NCBI GenBank assembly: GCA_951406725.2
Contig: OX597836.1
Coordinates: forward strand, 11,718,001-11,782,000
Length of the DNA: 64,000 bases
Direction of reading: 5' to 3'
Origin: Octopus vulgaris
Taxonomy: Eukaryota
In this document: piece by piece, positions 14,016 through 27,018 of the stretch
Position numbering within the stretch: position 1 is the first letter of the stretch
Layout: each line of letters begins with the position of its first letter
Translations under genes and position numbers: made by a program
Notes under the pieces: model-generated
Told to the model about the DNA's origin: nothing
The model's input: only the letters and a program-made list of their open reading frames with translations
The model's database searches: none

Positions 14016-14018
<3 letters not shown>
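12632..14018 (-). mobile_element. 5'-truncated R4/Dong-type non-LTR retrotransposon (restriction-like endonuclease), frameshifted
   Basis: Minus-strand peptides YSFNIVNW...RLYLPRKEGGRGLLQL, ETEGFIIAAQDQ, CRVC...ETIDHVVSKC, RHD, RPDII...LIDMTVP...KLSKY, GTAHILRKILSM* (stop 12846-12848). (TAA)n tracts abut both ends. Confidence 0.92.
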
Positions 14019-14082
<64 letters not shown>

Positions 14083-14096
14083 CATCATCATCATCA

Positions 14097-14172
<76 letters not shown>

Positions 14173-14210
14173 CATTACTATTATTATTACTATTATTATT
14201 ATTATTATTA

Positions 14211-14253
<43 letters not shown>

Positions 14254-14326
14254 CATCATCATTATTATTATTACTATTATTATTACTATTATTATTATTA
14301 TTACTATTATTATTATTATTATTATT

Positions 14327-14545
14327 CAGTAGTTTTATTTTTATAGCGTGCTTTCACTGCACTACCGAGCGCAGCTCTGTGTGCTTTGGGTATGTGCTGT
14401 GATTTGTTGTGATGCTCTGATGGTTATTGTATGGAAAGTGTTCTGCGTAGGATGTGTGCAGTGCCTAGTAGTGCAATTTTCTGTATGTTATATGTGTTTG
14501 TAAGTCCTGGTGTTTTTGTTATGTATTTGTATGAATATTTTTTTA
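14327..14545 (-). mobile_element. 3' fragment of a second R4/Dong subfamily
   Basis: KYITKTPGLTNTYNIQKIALLGTAHILRRTLSIQ* C-terminus with a different 3' UTR. Embedded in (TAT)n on both sides. Confidence 0.8.
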
Positions 14546-14639
14546 TCTTTTTTATAATAATTATTATTATTATTATTATTATTATTATCATCATCATTAT
14601 TATTATTACTATTATTATTACTATTATTATTATTATTAC

Positions 14640-14699
<60 letters not shown>

Positions 14700-15499
14700 C
14701 ATTATCATCATCATCATCGCAGCCACCGCTATTAATCGTTCATTATCAGAAGTTTGCTGTACTTTGACATGGCCACAGCCATTTCATTGGCTGATGTTGT
14801 TACATGATCAGTCAAATCAACAGTCCTGGGTCACACTTCATAGCTCGCCCATTGTTACGAAGTCAGTGCAAACGATGACGTCAGGAGCTTTGAACCGGAA
14901 GTAATTATAGGTCAAGAGCTCATAGCTTCTGTGCAGTAGGTTATCCACATTTGATAGTTTTTCTCTTCATTTGATATCAGGCTGGTTGTGGCGGCGTGGC
15001 GATGCTTTTGCTTTCATTACAATCGAAACACAGCGGTTCTACGCTGACGTTCAATATGCTAGAAATAACAGTCATATCACCCTCAAATCACGTGCAATCG
15101 CCTTGGAGCGGAGAGGTGACATTAGATTATGTAATTCTAGATATATTGTATTTGAAATTAAGATGGGATGGTCGATGCAGGAATTTTATCAATTAGCGCT
15201 CGTTGTATTAACTTAATTAATGTTCTTACCCGATGTGAGTGTTTAACCTTTGCCTGGCTCTAAACGAGCAGATTTATGATCAACGACGTTCCAGCCACGA
15301 CTATACAATCTTTTTTCTTAACAAAGTACAATGTATGTATATATATATATATCGTGTACATTAAAACACATTAAGAGGCTTCAAAATAGGAAAGCCTTGT
15401 GCTAGAAAGAGCAGTAGAAAACTCAAACCACTAATTAGAGATAAATTCTCGAAAAGAATGAAAATAAAAACGTTTACCATCTAATTTAGTTCCTAGACC

Positions 15500-15557
<58 letters not shown>

Positions 15558-15756
15558 ACATACGTACACACATATCTACACATACACACACAGATACACG
15601 TGCACACGCACACAAGTGCACGAGCGTGGTCAGTATGTAAACCAGCTCCAGCTGGCCTTTGCACTGGGGGTTGCCCTTTATATTCTCCCTTACCTACCAT
15701 TCAAAGTTTTACCCACCACCTTCCTGTCTTTCCCAGTCTACATCATACTCCAAAAA

Positions 15757-15851
15757 AGTACCTTCGTCCGAAAGGGTACAGTGAACTACAGTACCCTCGT
15801 CCGAAAGGGTACAGTGAACTACAGTACCCTCGTCCGATAGGGTACAGTGAA
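15757..15851. repeat. 33-bp tandem repeat x3 with internal hairpin
   Basis: AGTACCCTCGTCCGAAAGGGTACAGTGAACTAC units, with a GTACCCT/AGGGTAC stem. Confidence 0.92.
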
Positions 15852-16526
15852 ACTCCCTCTATTCCTCGTAGCATCCATCAAATATTCAAATATATCTACT
15901 CGTGAGACTTGTCCCATATTTTGTTACCGTTTGTCGTTTGTTTTTGGTTCATGGTTAAACATCTGTGCGTGCGTCCGTGCGTGGTGCGTGTTGTATAACG
16001 CAAAAGCGCAGGAAAAGACAGAAAGCTGTGTGTCCGTTTATATTTCACGATGAAATGACATGAAACAGAAAATAAAACAGGCAGATGTATAAACACGGAC
16101 GATGTGTTCTCTGACGCCATGATTAATAACGCTGTAATTACATGTAACCACTACGGCTCGTTCACTCCTTGAAGGAATTATATTTCAAAGGGGGATCAGA
16201 TGAAACTACACCAGGAAACCTAGGGAGTTGAAAACATCAGGTGCATAACAGGATATGGTTATTCGCGACTGTACAATCATGTGTGTATGCCTGTATGTAT
16301 GCATACATGTATGTACGTATGTTAGCATGTATATGTGTGTGTGTATATATATATATATATTTACATATATACAAATATGTATAAACATATATATATATAT
16401 ATATAAATATATACAAATATATATAAACATATATATATATATAAATATATATCATACTCGAATATATGTATACATGAATTTATAGGCACGTATCAAAAAT
16501 ATATATACCGTATACGTCTGTGTATG

Positions 16527-16623
<97 letters not shown>

Positions 16624-16752
16624 CCCATATATACAAATATATATAAACATATATATATTATATATACAAATATATATCATACTCGAATGCATGTATACAT
16701 GAATTTATAGACACGTATCAAAAAATATATATACAGTATACGTCTGTATATA

Positions 16753-16817
<65 letters not shown>

Positions 16818-17350
16818 TTTATTTATATTGCATTCTTGTATATCTAGTCTGTGTGTATACATGTAATATTAATTGTACTTGTACGTATATATAAATATAT
16901 GTAAGTACATATATATATACACACACACACACACACGCACAACATATATATATATATATATATATATAGTGATTACAATGGCTGTGCTCCAGCATGGCCA
17001 CAGCCTCAAGGCTGAAACATATAAAAGAATAAAAGAATAAGTACACATCTGTTAACTACGTAGTTTAAATTTAATAAGTACAGCTGTACACTTTACAACA
17101 GACGAGACGCCATTTTCCTGCAGGCGATCTTATATCTTTTTTCGTCTTCCAATATATATGTTTGTGTGTTTGTTATGAATTTGTCAGCAAAAAGTATTTT
17201 AAAAAAACCCGTCGAAGACAAAATGAAAACTAGATATAATTATTCATTTAAAGCTTAATTGAAAGGTTAAGAATGTAGAAATGTCTTTGGCGATTCCTAC
17301 TTATGTTTTTCGCCAGAATATTTAACAGTAAGAAAGGGGATATATGCAAA

Positions 17351-17800
17351 GGCGGCGAGCTGGCGGAATCGTTAGCACGCCGGGCGAAATGCGTAGCCGT
17401 ATTTCGTCTGCCGCTACGTTCTGATTTCAAATTCCTCCGAGGTCGACTTTGCCTTTCATCCTTTCGGGGTCGATAAATTAAGTATCAGTTATGCACTGGG
17501 GTCGATGTAATCGACTTAATCCCTTTGTCTGTCCTTGTTTGTCCTCTCTGTGTTTAGCCTCTTGTGGGTAATAAAGAAATAGAAACGCTAGCACGCTAGG
17601 CGAAATGCGTAGCCGTATTTCGTCTGCCGCTACGTTCTGAGTTCAAATTCCGCCGAGGTCGACTTTGCCTTTCATCCTTTCGGGGTCGATAAATTAAGTA
17701 CCAATTACGCACTGAGGTCGATATAATCGACTTAATCCGTTTATCTGTCCTTGTTTGTCCTCTCTGTGTATAGCCCCTTGTGGGTAGTAAAGAAATAAGA
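17351..17800 (+). mobile_element. Third SINE family (GGCGGCGAGCTGGCAGAATCG head, GCCTTTCATCCTTTCGGGGTCGATAAA central block), dimer
   Basis: B-box-like GAGTTCAAATTCC. Two tandem units, each ending TGTGGGTA(A/G)TAAAGAAATA. Confidence 0.85.
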
Positions 17801-18630
17801 AGGAGATATGCGGAGGAAACAGATGAAACCTGGAAATATGTGTTGTTTCGTATCAAGTCATATTGAAAATGGTGGAGGTTAAACGACCGGAAGTTAACAG
17901 ATTCGAAGTCATGGAGGTATTCTGTGAAGGGACGAAGCAGGAAGTAAAAAGGTCTAAATGAAATAGAAAGAAAGGGATTACGCATGATAAACTGTAGCAC
18001 GGGAAACGTAAAACAGATTATATAGTATAATTCGATTGTAGACGTTTATATATAAATACCGGATCTCTCAACTAGCTGCGAGAAATCCAGGAATATAGAT
18101 TTACTATGCAATATCATGTAATATACTGCACCCGATATTGAGTAGCCACCCTGATTTTGAAGTTGGTTATTTTGGGTATGGCGTTTTGAAAATATTTTTG
18201 TTCCTGATTTTCTTAGCGTTGATTGATAAATATTGAACATTTTCGGATTTAAAAGTGAACTTGTACCTGTAACTGTTAAATAAAATCAACTTAGTTACTT
18301 ATTTCTTCGATTAATTTTCGTCCTATAGACATTATACGGTATATATGGTACACTGTGATATATTTTAAGAATTTTATGTTTAATAATAAACATCAAAGTC
18401 TGCTTTACAAAGAGATAATTTTGAATCAGTTGAATATAATTTATTTCTTTATATTTCGAGTGTGTATTTAGGTCGATTCTAGAAGTACCGGAAAATCCAG
18501 AATCTCTCATGTTTGCTCGATAATTGATGCGGAAGTGTGTGTATGTGTGTGTGTGTGTGTAACAGCTCACATGACCGCAGTCCAATGATTGCAACAAGGA
18601 AAAATTGCATACATACATACACACTTACAA

Positions 18631-18675
<45 letters not shown>

Positions 18676-18756
18676 TATGCGTGTGTGTGTATAACAGCTC
18701 ACATGACCGCAGGCCATTGACTACAAAAAGGAAAAGATACATACTTACATACATAT

Positions 18757-18815
<59 letters not shown>

Positions 18816-18889
18816 TGTTTGTGTATAACAGCTCACATGACCGCAGTCCAGTGACTACAACACGGAAAATATCTTACATACATACTTAC

Positions 18890-18968
<79 letters not shown>

Positions 18969-19413
18969 ATACAGTGAGATTTGGTTTTAGCAAAAATACA
19001 AGGAAATAGTTTTGTAAAAATGAGAAACTATGAGGTAATATCTACTGCATGATTATAAAAATATCTAAGAAAGAAGAAGGAAAGAGAGAGGAAATAACGA
19101 TGAGTTACGAACGAAACATCAAAGGAATTTCCCGTTTTCAGAAATGTTAACCAGATATAAAGTAAAAACTGATGTTGCTCTTTAAATTCAAGTTATCTCT
19201 GAGTAATTCTATGTCACAGAAGTTATTGTTTTTGTAGTCTCCGGACTATCCGTAATGTAATATTATTCCTATGTCAGGCATATATGTAACTTATGTGCCG
19301 CCTCAGACTAACCTTGAACCAGCAGTCCTATGGCACACGGGAAATTGTTACTAAGGAAACCCCACAAAACCTTTGATTTCAACAGCCGTATGACATGACA
19401 CACAACTAGTTCT

Positions 19414-19529
19414 TCTCCTGATGATAAGGTTTACTCATCACATTTAAATTAACTGTTTATGTATATTAACGACGTAATTATACAAAAGGCACTGTTTTTA
19501 CATTCTATCTGTCGAAACAGCTGTAGAGA
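19414..19529 (+). ncRNA. Type-I hammerhead motif with long, poorly paired stem II
   Basis: tctc CTGATGA ...89 nt... GAAAC AGCT GTA gaga, with palindrome ACAGCTGT. Shares TTTACTCAT and CATYCTAT with the 60979-61051 motif. Confidence 0.6.
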
Positions 19530-20175
19530 TGGATTAGTTTTGAATCATCTGCGGAATCTGTTTTCTGCTTTTTTTTATTGTTTTTTTCTGTTATATATAA
19601 ATTGATCGTACCCATGCAGCGTTCGTGCATTTAATACTGGTGACACAGTCAAACTGAGCGGTACTGACCAGGTGTCGAAACCATAGTTATATCCGTTTGG
19701 CAGCTGATGATGGTAATATAAATGTTCTATGCTTGGTTGTGAATTTCTTATATTTCAATTTCGTTATTCTGAGTTGTCCCTCATTCTTGTAAAGTGGAGA
19801 GTATTTATGGATTCAAAGTTTTCGGGAATCACTTACTTTGGTATTTGTTGGTTTTCCTTCATAGGTAACCTTAGTATACTTAAACAACGCAAGGCGGTGA
19901 ACTGGCTGAGCCGTTAACATGCCGGACAAAATGCTTAGCGGTATTTTGTTTGTCTTTATGTTTTGATTGCAAATGCCGTCAGTATCGACTTTGTCTTTCA
20001 TTTTTCAGGGTCGATAACATAAGTACCAACAGAACACTGGGGTCGATAAAATAAGTACCAGTCAAATACTGAGGTCGATATAATCGACTATTCCCCCACC
20101 ATAAATTTTAGGCCATGTGCCCATAGTAGAAAGGATTATAAGATTCATATCTAGTTATGGGAAGTTCTGAGGTAT

Positions 20176-20253
<78 letters not shown>

Positions 20254-20358
20254 TGTGTGTGTGTTTATATAAATAAGGATAAAATCGTTAATTTAATTGT
20301 CGATCTTATCAAGTGACCAGCCTGGGAATAAAAACCTTCAAAGGTAATAATTATTATT

Positions 20359-20470
20359 AAAATTATAATTTAGGGTATCTAAGAGATATCTCCACGCTGG
20401 AATTAGAGTCAAGTTTTGACTGCTATTTCCAGCGTGGAGGTATCTCTTAGATACCCTAAATTTTAATTTT
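20359..20470. repeat. ~112-bp near-perfect palindrome in a TA-flanked repeat fragment
   Basis: AATTTAGGGTATCTAAGAGATATCTCCACGCTGGAA ... TTCCAGCGTGGAGGTATCTCTTAGATACCCTAAATT. Confidence 0.85.
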
Positions 20471-20682
20471 ATATATATAAATGTGTGTGTGTGTGTGTGT
20501 AATGTGAATTATGTGGGTATAGAAATCGGTTCCTCTGGGATTTACTGTAATGCAATAACGTGTTAAAGTTTAACGACCTCGTATTCATTAAGCTTTTAAT
20601 TGGCGCGGATGTATTCTCAAAGTTTATATATGAATACTCTCTTCCGTTTAGTGCGTGTGTGCGCGCGCGCGCGTGTGTGTGA

Positions 20683-20716
<34 letters not shown>

Positions 20717-21037
20717 GGGATCGAGAGAGAGCGGGGATCGAGAGAACTAAAAAAAAAACAAATTCACGGTAATTTAGAGCGCAATTAGTACCAGGTCGAT
20801 AAAACTCCAACACGTTTATTACACTTCATTAAAAAGAAAGCTGGTCCGACATGCGTGTATATGTGCAATCGCTGAAAGCGAAGAATTTTTAACTAGAAAG
20901 AAGTAGGAATGCATGAATTTCACATAGAGTTCTTTCTTCAATTTTGTGTATGTGCGTGTGTGAGTGTATGTAATTAACTGATACTTCATTATAATAAAGG
21001 TTATAGAACGTTAATTACAGAAGTGCGATGCACGAAT

Positions 21038-21079
<42 letters not shown>

Positions 21080-21260
21080 TTAATCCAAACAAGAAAACAA
21101 AAACAACAACGCAAGGATGTGGAACAAATAAAGTATTATTGGACGCTCTTCGTCGGAAACATAGGAGAAGGAAAGATCCCGAGAAGGAAAGATCCCGAGA
21201 AGGAAAGATCCCGAGAAGGGAAGACGGGAAAAAATCGCTAGTGATACAGACGAGGTCACA

Positions 21261-21302
<42 letters not shown>

Positions 21303-21388
21303 AGGATTCATAAAAAAACAAAAGACGAACAGGTGGTGTAAAAAGAAACAGATGAATTAGTATAACGCGCTCAAGGGATTGAAAAGTT

Positions 21389-21424
21389 CTTTGACGTTTC
21401 GAGCCTACGCTCTTCCACAGAAAG
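21389..21424 (-). ncRNA. 36-nt minimal hammerhead variant (CUGU core)
   Basis: cttt CTGTGGA a GAGC gtag GCTC GAAACGTC aaag, with ACGT palindrome and GUC triplet. Confidence 0.65.
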
Positions 21425-21616
21425 GAACACAAAAGAAACAAGGAGAGAAAAAAAATATATATTAATTTTTATATAAAGATGCTGAGATATGACCAGCGTT
21501 GAACCCCTTATTCGCATAATCACCGAACCTGGAACTTAACTGTGGTCCATCTATAGCACTTATTCAGCATTAACTAACACCTTTGGGTCTCAATGACACC
21601 ATTGACTCTCATAGCC

Positions 21617-21691
<75 letters not shown>

Positions 21692-22199
21692 CATTGGGGG
21701 TAAAATGGGGTGGGCAATGGTGTGAGGAGGGTCGCAAGTCGCTCGGGGCTACCGTTTGGTTGCCATGGTGTGGAAAATGGGAAAAGGAGAAAGGAAAGAG
21801 TGGAAGAAGGGAAAGAAGAAAGAGAAGATAAAGACGAAGAAAAAATTTTAAAATAAGAAAAAGAAAGAGAAAAGGGCTATAAAAAGAACCAGGCAAAGAA
21901 GACGAACGAAAGAAGAAAGGGGGAAAGAGGACAACACGCACAAAACAACACCACCACCAAAACCCGAGCGAAGCAGGGGTCAAAATAGCCAGTCGTATAT
22001 ATATTTTGTAAACAAATAATACAATATTACGTAATTCAACATTACGTTTCATGAGCCCTTTTAAAGCATTTTTATAAGGTTTCTTTTATTTTCTGGAAAC
22101 TCGCCGCGTACCGACAACGGTCCGCGAACTACCATTTTGTGAAGCACTAATCTAGTTTAAGCAAGACGCAGTCATTTTGTTTGTTGTATTTCTAGTCTC

Positions 22200-22620
22200 A
22201 TCTAATTTATTTAACGCTTAGAGGAGACTATTATTACGACTATAACTCTTACTAGAACTTTCAGTCATTCTTAATATCTATTAACTATTTTTAGCGTTTC
22301 TCTCAGATTTAAAAACGACTTCCTCTAACGCATCTATAACACATCTTCGCCATCTTTTCCTTTCATTTGCATATGTGTATGTTATACCCTGTCTAGTTCA
22401 TTAATTACTTTCGCAAGTTTGTCTATGGTTTAATTCGCTTATCTCCCTTTCTTCGTGTCGTATGATATCAGTAGATTTTATTTAATTTCTTCTCTTCAAA
22501 GTTGCTTGGCCGTATTTTCCTAAATCGAATTTCACACCAATTTTCTTACAGTATATTTTATATCGCACTACCGTCTGCAATCGTTTTCTCCTATTAGCGG
22601 TCCTCTGCAACACATATCTT
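22200..22620 (-). pseudogene. Heavily decayed R4/Dong-like RT fragment
   Basis: Minus strand reads KIGVKFDLGKYGQATLKRRN*IKSTDIIRHEEREISELNHRQT ... HMQMKGK ... FKSERNAKN, resembling the GMxFGLDKCAK...QMKEK...LKSELNAKN segment of R4/Dong RTs. Recognised by eye only. Confidence 0.5.
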
Positions 22621-22897
22621 ATTATACTAACCCGCTTGAAACCGCGACCCCTTCATTTCATCACGATGCAAACTCCCTGTATTAAAGTGATCTTTACTCA
22701 CTTACTTGTTTCAGTCATTTGACTGCGGCCATGCTGGAGCACCGCCTTTAGTCGAGCAAATCGACCCCAGGACTTATTTCTTTGTAAGCCTAGTACTTAT
22801 TCTATCGGTATCTTTTGCCGAACCCCTGACTAACGGGGACGTAAACACATCAGCACCGGTTGTCAGGCAGTGGTGGGGGACAAACAGCCACAAAGGC

Positions 22898-22983
<86 letters not shown>

Positions 22984-23007
22984 GTGTGTGCGTGTGTGTA
23001 TGTGTGT

Positions 23008-23073
<66 letters not shown>

Positions 23074-23558
23074 ACGGGCTTCTGAATGCTTGCAATGTGT
23101 GCGACGAGTTTAAGCCTTCCAACCACACAGGCTGTGGCTGGATTGGGACTCAGGAAGCAAAGAGCCTAGAAAAAATACTGCAAGGTACCGGGTCCAACTT
23201 CCTTGTAGTTCTGCCAAACCATCGCCCTGGGTTGTACAGTTTTTATTTTTCACCGTCTCTGAATGGCTGAAACGTAAAGTTGACCGCGACAGGATTTGAG
23301 CTCTGAGCGGAGAGTATCGGAATAAATACCGCAAAGCATTCCGTCCAACGTTTTTACAGGACCGGCTTGGATTAGAGATTTTTTAAAATTATTTAATGAC
23401 CGCCGGAGAATGAATGGCAAAGTTAACCTCGACAGAATATGAACCTGTACTGGTAGAATCGTTACAAATACTCAAAGCATTTTGTCTCACGCTCTAACGA
23501 CTCAGCCATAATTTTTACTCTCTTCTTTTCTTTGCTTGTACTTAAATATTCCTGTTTG

Positions 23559-23979
23559 GGATCTTTTCGGTTTGAACGGCAGTTTTTTCTAGCGGTGTCA
23601 TATGAAACTGTCATCCATAATTATGACCCTAGTATCGATCTATTGCATTTCAATCTGTTTTAGGGTTAGGGTTAGGGTTAGGAGTGGGGGAAGGGTATCT
23701 TTTTTTCTTCACAAATGTAAATAAACCCAATCTGTTTCTTAAACGAGGGACATATTCATACGGCACAGAATGTTTTCACCTCAATAGACGTCATTGATTG
23801 GTTGAAATTGCAGAAATTGCAGAAAAAAAACAACAAATATCTTACAAACTATAGAATTTTCTCAATAAAGCCAAGAGAAAAAGATGTTTTATAAACACAT
23901 TCTACCAGTATACGAGGTTTAAAAGTGTTAAGTTACCTAGAAATTATGTTTAAAACTGCCGTTCAAACCGAAAAGATCC
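23559..23979. mobile_element. Non-autonomous DNA transposon (MITE) with 28-bp TIRs, 8-bp TSD and internal TTAGGG repeats
   Basis: TIR GGATCTTTTCGGTTTGAACGGCAGTTTT and its exact reverse complement. TSD CCTGTTTG at 23551-23558 and 23980-23987. (TTAGGG)3 at 23660-23677. Confidence 0.92.
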
Positions 23980-25020
23980 CCTGTTTGATACAATTTTAAG
24001 AATGTACTCAGTTTTATCATATCAATTACGGATGTTGTTATAATACTATTTACATTAACCAGGTTATATTGATGTTCGTATCTGTTCCCAATAAGTCTAT
24101 AGCGACCACATTTTATGCTTTTGTTTTCTATACATAATTCCTGTTGTTTTATCGTCGAAGTTTTATTTCGGGAGAGTCTTCTTTTCATTCGTCAATCCAC
24201 GAGAAAAATTCCATCGATTTTAATTCTTTAACTGTTGCCAGAATTACACTATTTTTCATATTCAAAATTATTTCCCTCTTTCAGAATTTTCTACTCTTAG
24301 ATCTTTCTAGCAGTCTTTCTGTTCATATTTTTAGTCGGTGTAATTCTGGTGTGTCTTTTGTTGGTCGATATCTTGTAGGTACGACTGAATTTGATTTCGC
24401 TATTTTTTCGCCATTTTGTATTATATATCTTTATCATTTAATTTTATTTATTTCCTTATTGTACTTGATCTTATCTTCGTGACTTACGTTCTTCTCAACG
24501 TTTGCAACATTAATATTGCTATTTTTTTTCTTTTATTTTAGTTTCACTTTTCAATGCTTATATTTTTTGCTGTTTGCTTCTCGTTTGTTACTCATATTTC
24601 TTTTTTACGTATACTTCCACTTTTTTTCTTTAATGTTCTGTCTGATATTTAGATTTAAGAATGATTTTTTTTTTCCTGAAATTAACGAGTCTGTTTCGGT
24701 CTCAAAACTATTATTAGATCGCGGTTTCGGTTGCTTTATGTTTCTATTTACATTAGTCTCTCTTTATTCTTTACCATATATCTCCATCTTTTATTTATAT
24801 ATAATCTGTGTGTTCTACAATAGGTATGTTATAATGGCTTCTGGCTGCAGATCTCCCGCGCCTTTCTGTTTGTATTTTCTTTGAGCATTCATTCTATTAA
24901 GCGTTCTATTTCTGTTCCTGGTGTTTTGGTACTAAGAATGTTATTTTCATAAATAACTTGGATTGTTAAGGGTCAAAGTAATTTCATACTCCGTCCCTAC
25001 ACACGCTACCCAAACATTGA

Positions 25021-25890
25021 TTTCAAATTTTGGCACCAGGCCAGAAAGTTCGAGAGAGGGAACAAGTCGATTACATCGACCCTATTTGTTCAACTGGTAC
25101 TTAATTTATCGACCCTAAAAGGATGAAAGGCAAAGTCGACGTCGGCGGAATTTGAACTCAGAACGTAACGGCAGACGAAATACCTATTTCTTCACTACCC
25201 ACAAGAGAGGACAAACAAGGACAGACAAACGGATTAAGTCGAATACATCGAGCCCAGTGCGTAACTGGTACTTATTTAATCGTCCCCGAAAGGATGAAGG
25301 GCAAAGTCGACCTCAGCGGAATTTGAACTCAGAACGTAGCGGCAGACGAAATACCTATTTCTTTACTGCCCACAAGGGACTAAACACAGAGAGGACAAAC
25401 AAGGACTGACAAACGGATTAAGTCGATTACATCGACCCCAGTGCGTAGCGGCAGACGAAATACCGCTAAGCATTTCGCCCGGCGTGCTAACGTTTCTTAT
25501 TTCTTTATTGCCCACAAGGGGCTAAACACAGAGGAGACAAACAAGGACAGACAAAGGGATTAAGTCGATTACATCGACCCCCAGTGCGTAACTGGTACTT
25601 ATTTAATCGACCCCGAAAGGATGAAAGGCAAAGTCGACCTCGGCGGAATTTGAACTCAGAACGTAACGGCAGACGAAGAAATAAACACAGAGGAGACAAA
25701 CAAGGCAGACAAAGGGATTAAGTCGATTACATCGACCCCCAGTGCGTAACTGGTACTTATTTAATCGACCCCGAAAGGATGAAAGGCAAAGTCGACTTCG
25801 GCGGAATTTGAACTCAGAACGTAACGGCAGACGAAGAAATAACTCTAAGCACTTCGCCCGGCGTGCTAACGATTCTGCCAGCTCGCCGCC
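25021..25890 (-). mobile_element. Multimer (~5 units) of the third SINE family
   Basis: Repeated GAAAGGATGAAAGGCAAAGTCGACCTCGGCGGAATTTGAACTCAGAACG blocks, with a single head at 25890. Confidence 0.87.
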
Positions 25891-26714
25891 CTACGGCCTA
25901 GTAAAATATTTCCCACTGCATACTGTATAAATTTATGAAAAATCCTGTTTTGTAGTTTTAGACTGTTTATAATCATATATTCCTAGGCTTTGTGTCGTCA
26001 AAAACTCAGAGTGGTTATTAATGGTGAGTATCATATATGGAACAAATATCGACTTATTTCATATCATACAAGAGTGGAATATTACAGAAATAAATGAGGC
26101 AGACTACAGAAATTGCTTGTAATTATTATTAAGTAATGATTAAACGACCTTTATCAAGCATAACTTTAACCTAAACTGCTCTCACATGAATGAAATATAT
26201 TTTCGATTTGAATAAAATGTCACATGGTGCAGAAACGAGATTTTCTCATTAGAGCCTCGAGCATGTTATATCGTTAATTAAAGAATATCTAAATCAAACA
26301 AGCAGAGAACTTGGCCGAACCTATTATTTCGCACTTGTTTGGCTATTACACACGTCCACTCATTGAAATCGAGATCGTGTTGAATGTCGACGAGAATTAA
26401 TAGCCTTGTCTAGCCAGCGGGAGAAATAGCGGTATCTGTCCTTCTTTATCTTTCTCTGTCTGGCTGTCTGTCTGTCTGTCGGTCTGTCTCTGTCTCTGTC
26501 TCTCTTTCTCTTTCTTTGTATATATCTGTCTCTCTTTCTCTTTCTTTGTATATATATATATATGTGTGTATATGTATAAATATATATATATATGTATATA
26601 TATGTATATGTATATATATGTATATGTATATGTATAAATATATATATATATGTATATATATGTATATATATATGTATATATATATATGTATATATATATA
26701 TATGAATATATGTA

Positions 26715-26791
<77 letters not shown>

Positions 26792-26854
26792 GTATATATA
26801 TATATATGTATATGTATATATATATATATGAATATGTATGTATATACATATATA

Positions 26855-26885
<31 letters not shown>

Positions 26886-26944
26886 GTATATGTATGTATA
26901 TATATACATATATATGTATATATATATGTATATATATCTATATA

Positions 26945-27018
<74 letters not shown>

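Noticed and set aside
20359-20470. Hammerhead in this palindrome
   Set aside because: No CUGANGA plus GAAA/NUH arrangement found on either strand. Reported only as a palindrome.
21145-21170. Minus-strand CCGACGAAGAGC, resembling the 5' half of a hammerhead
   Set aside because: The GAAA/NUH half is absent in this copy.
23660-23683. Telomere or chromosome-fusion scar
   Set aside because: Only 3-4 units, internal to a TIR-bounded element.
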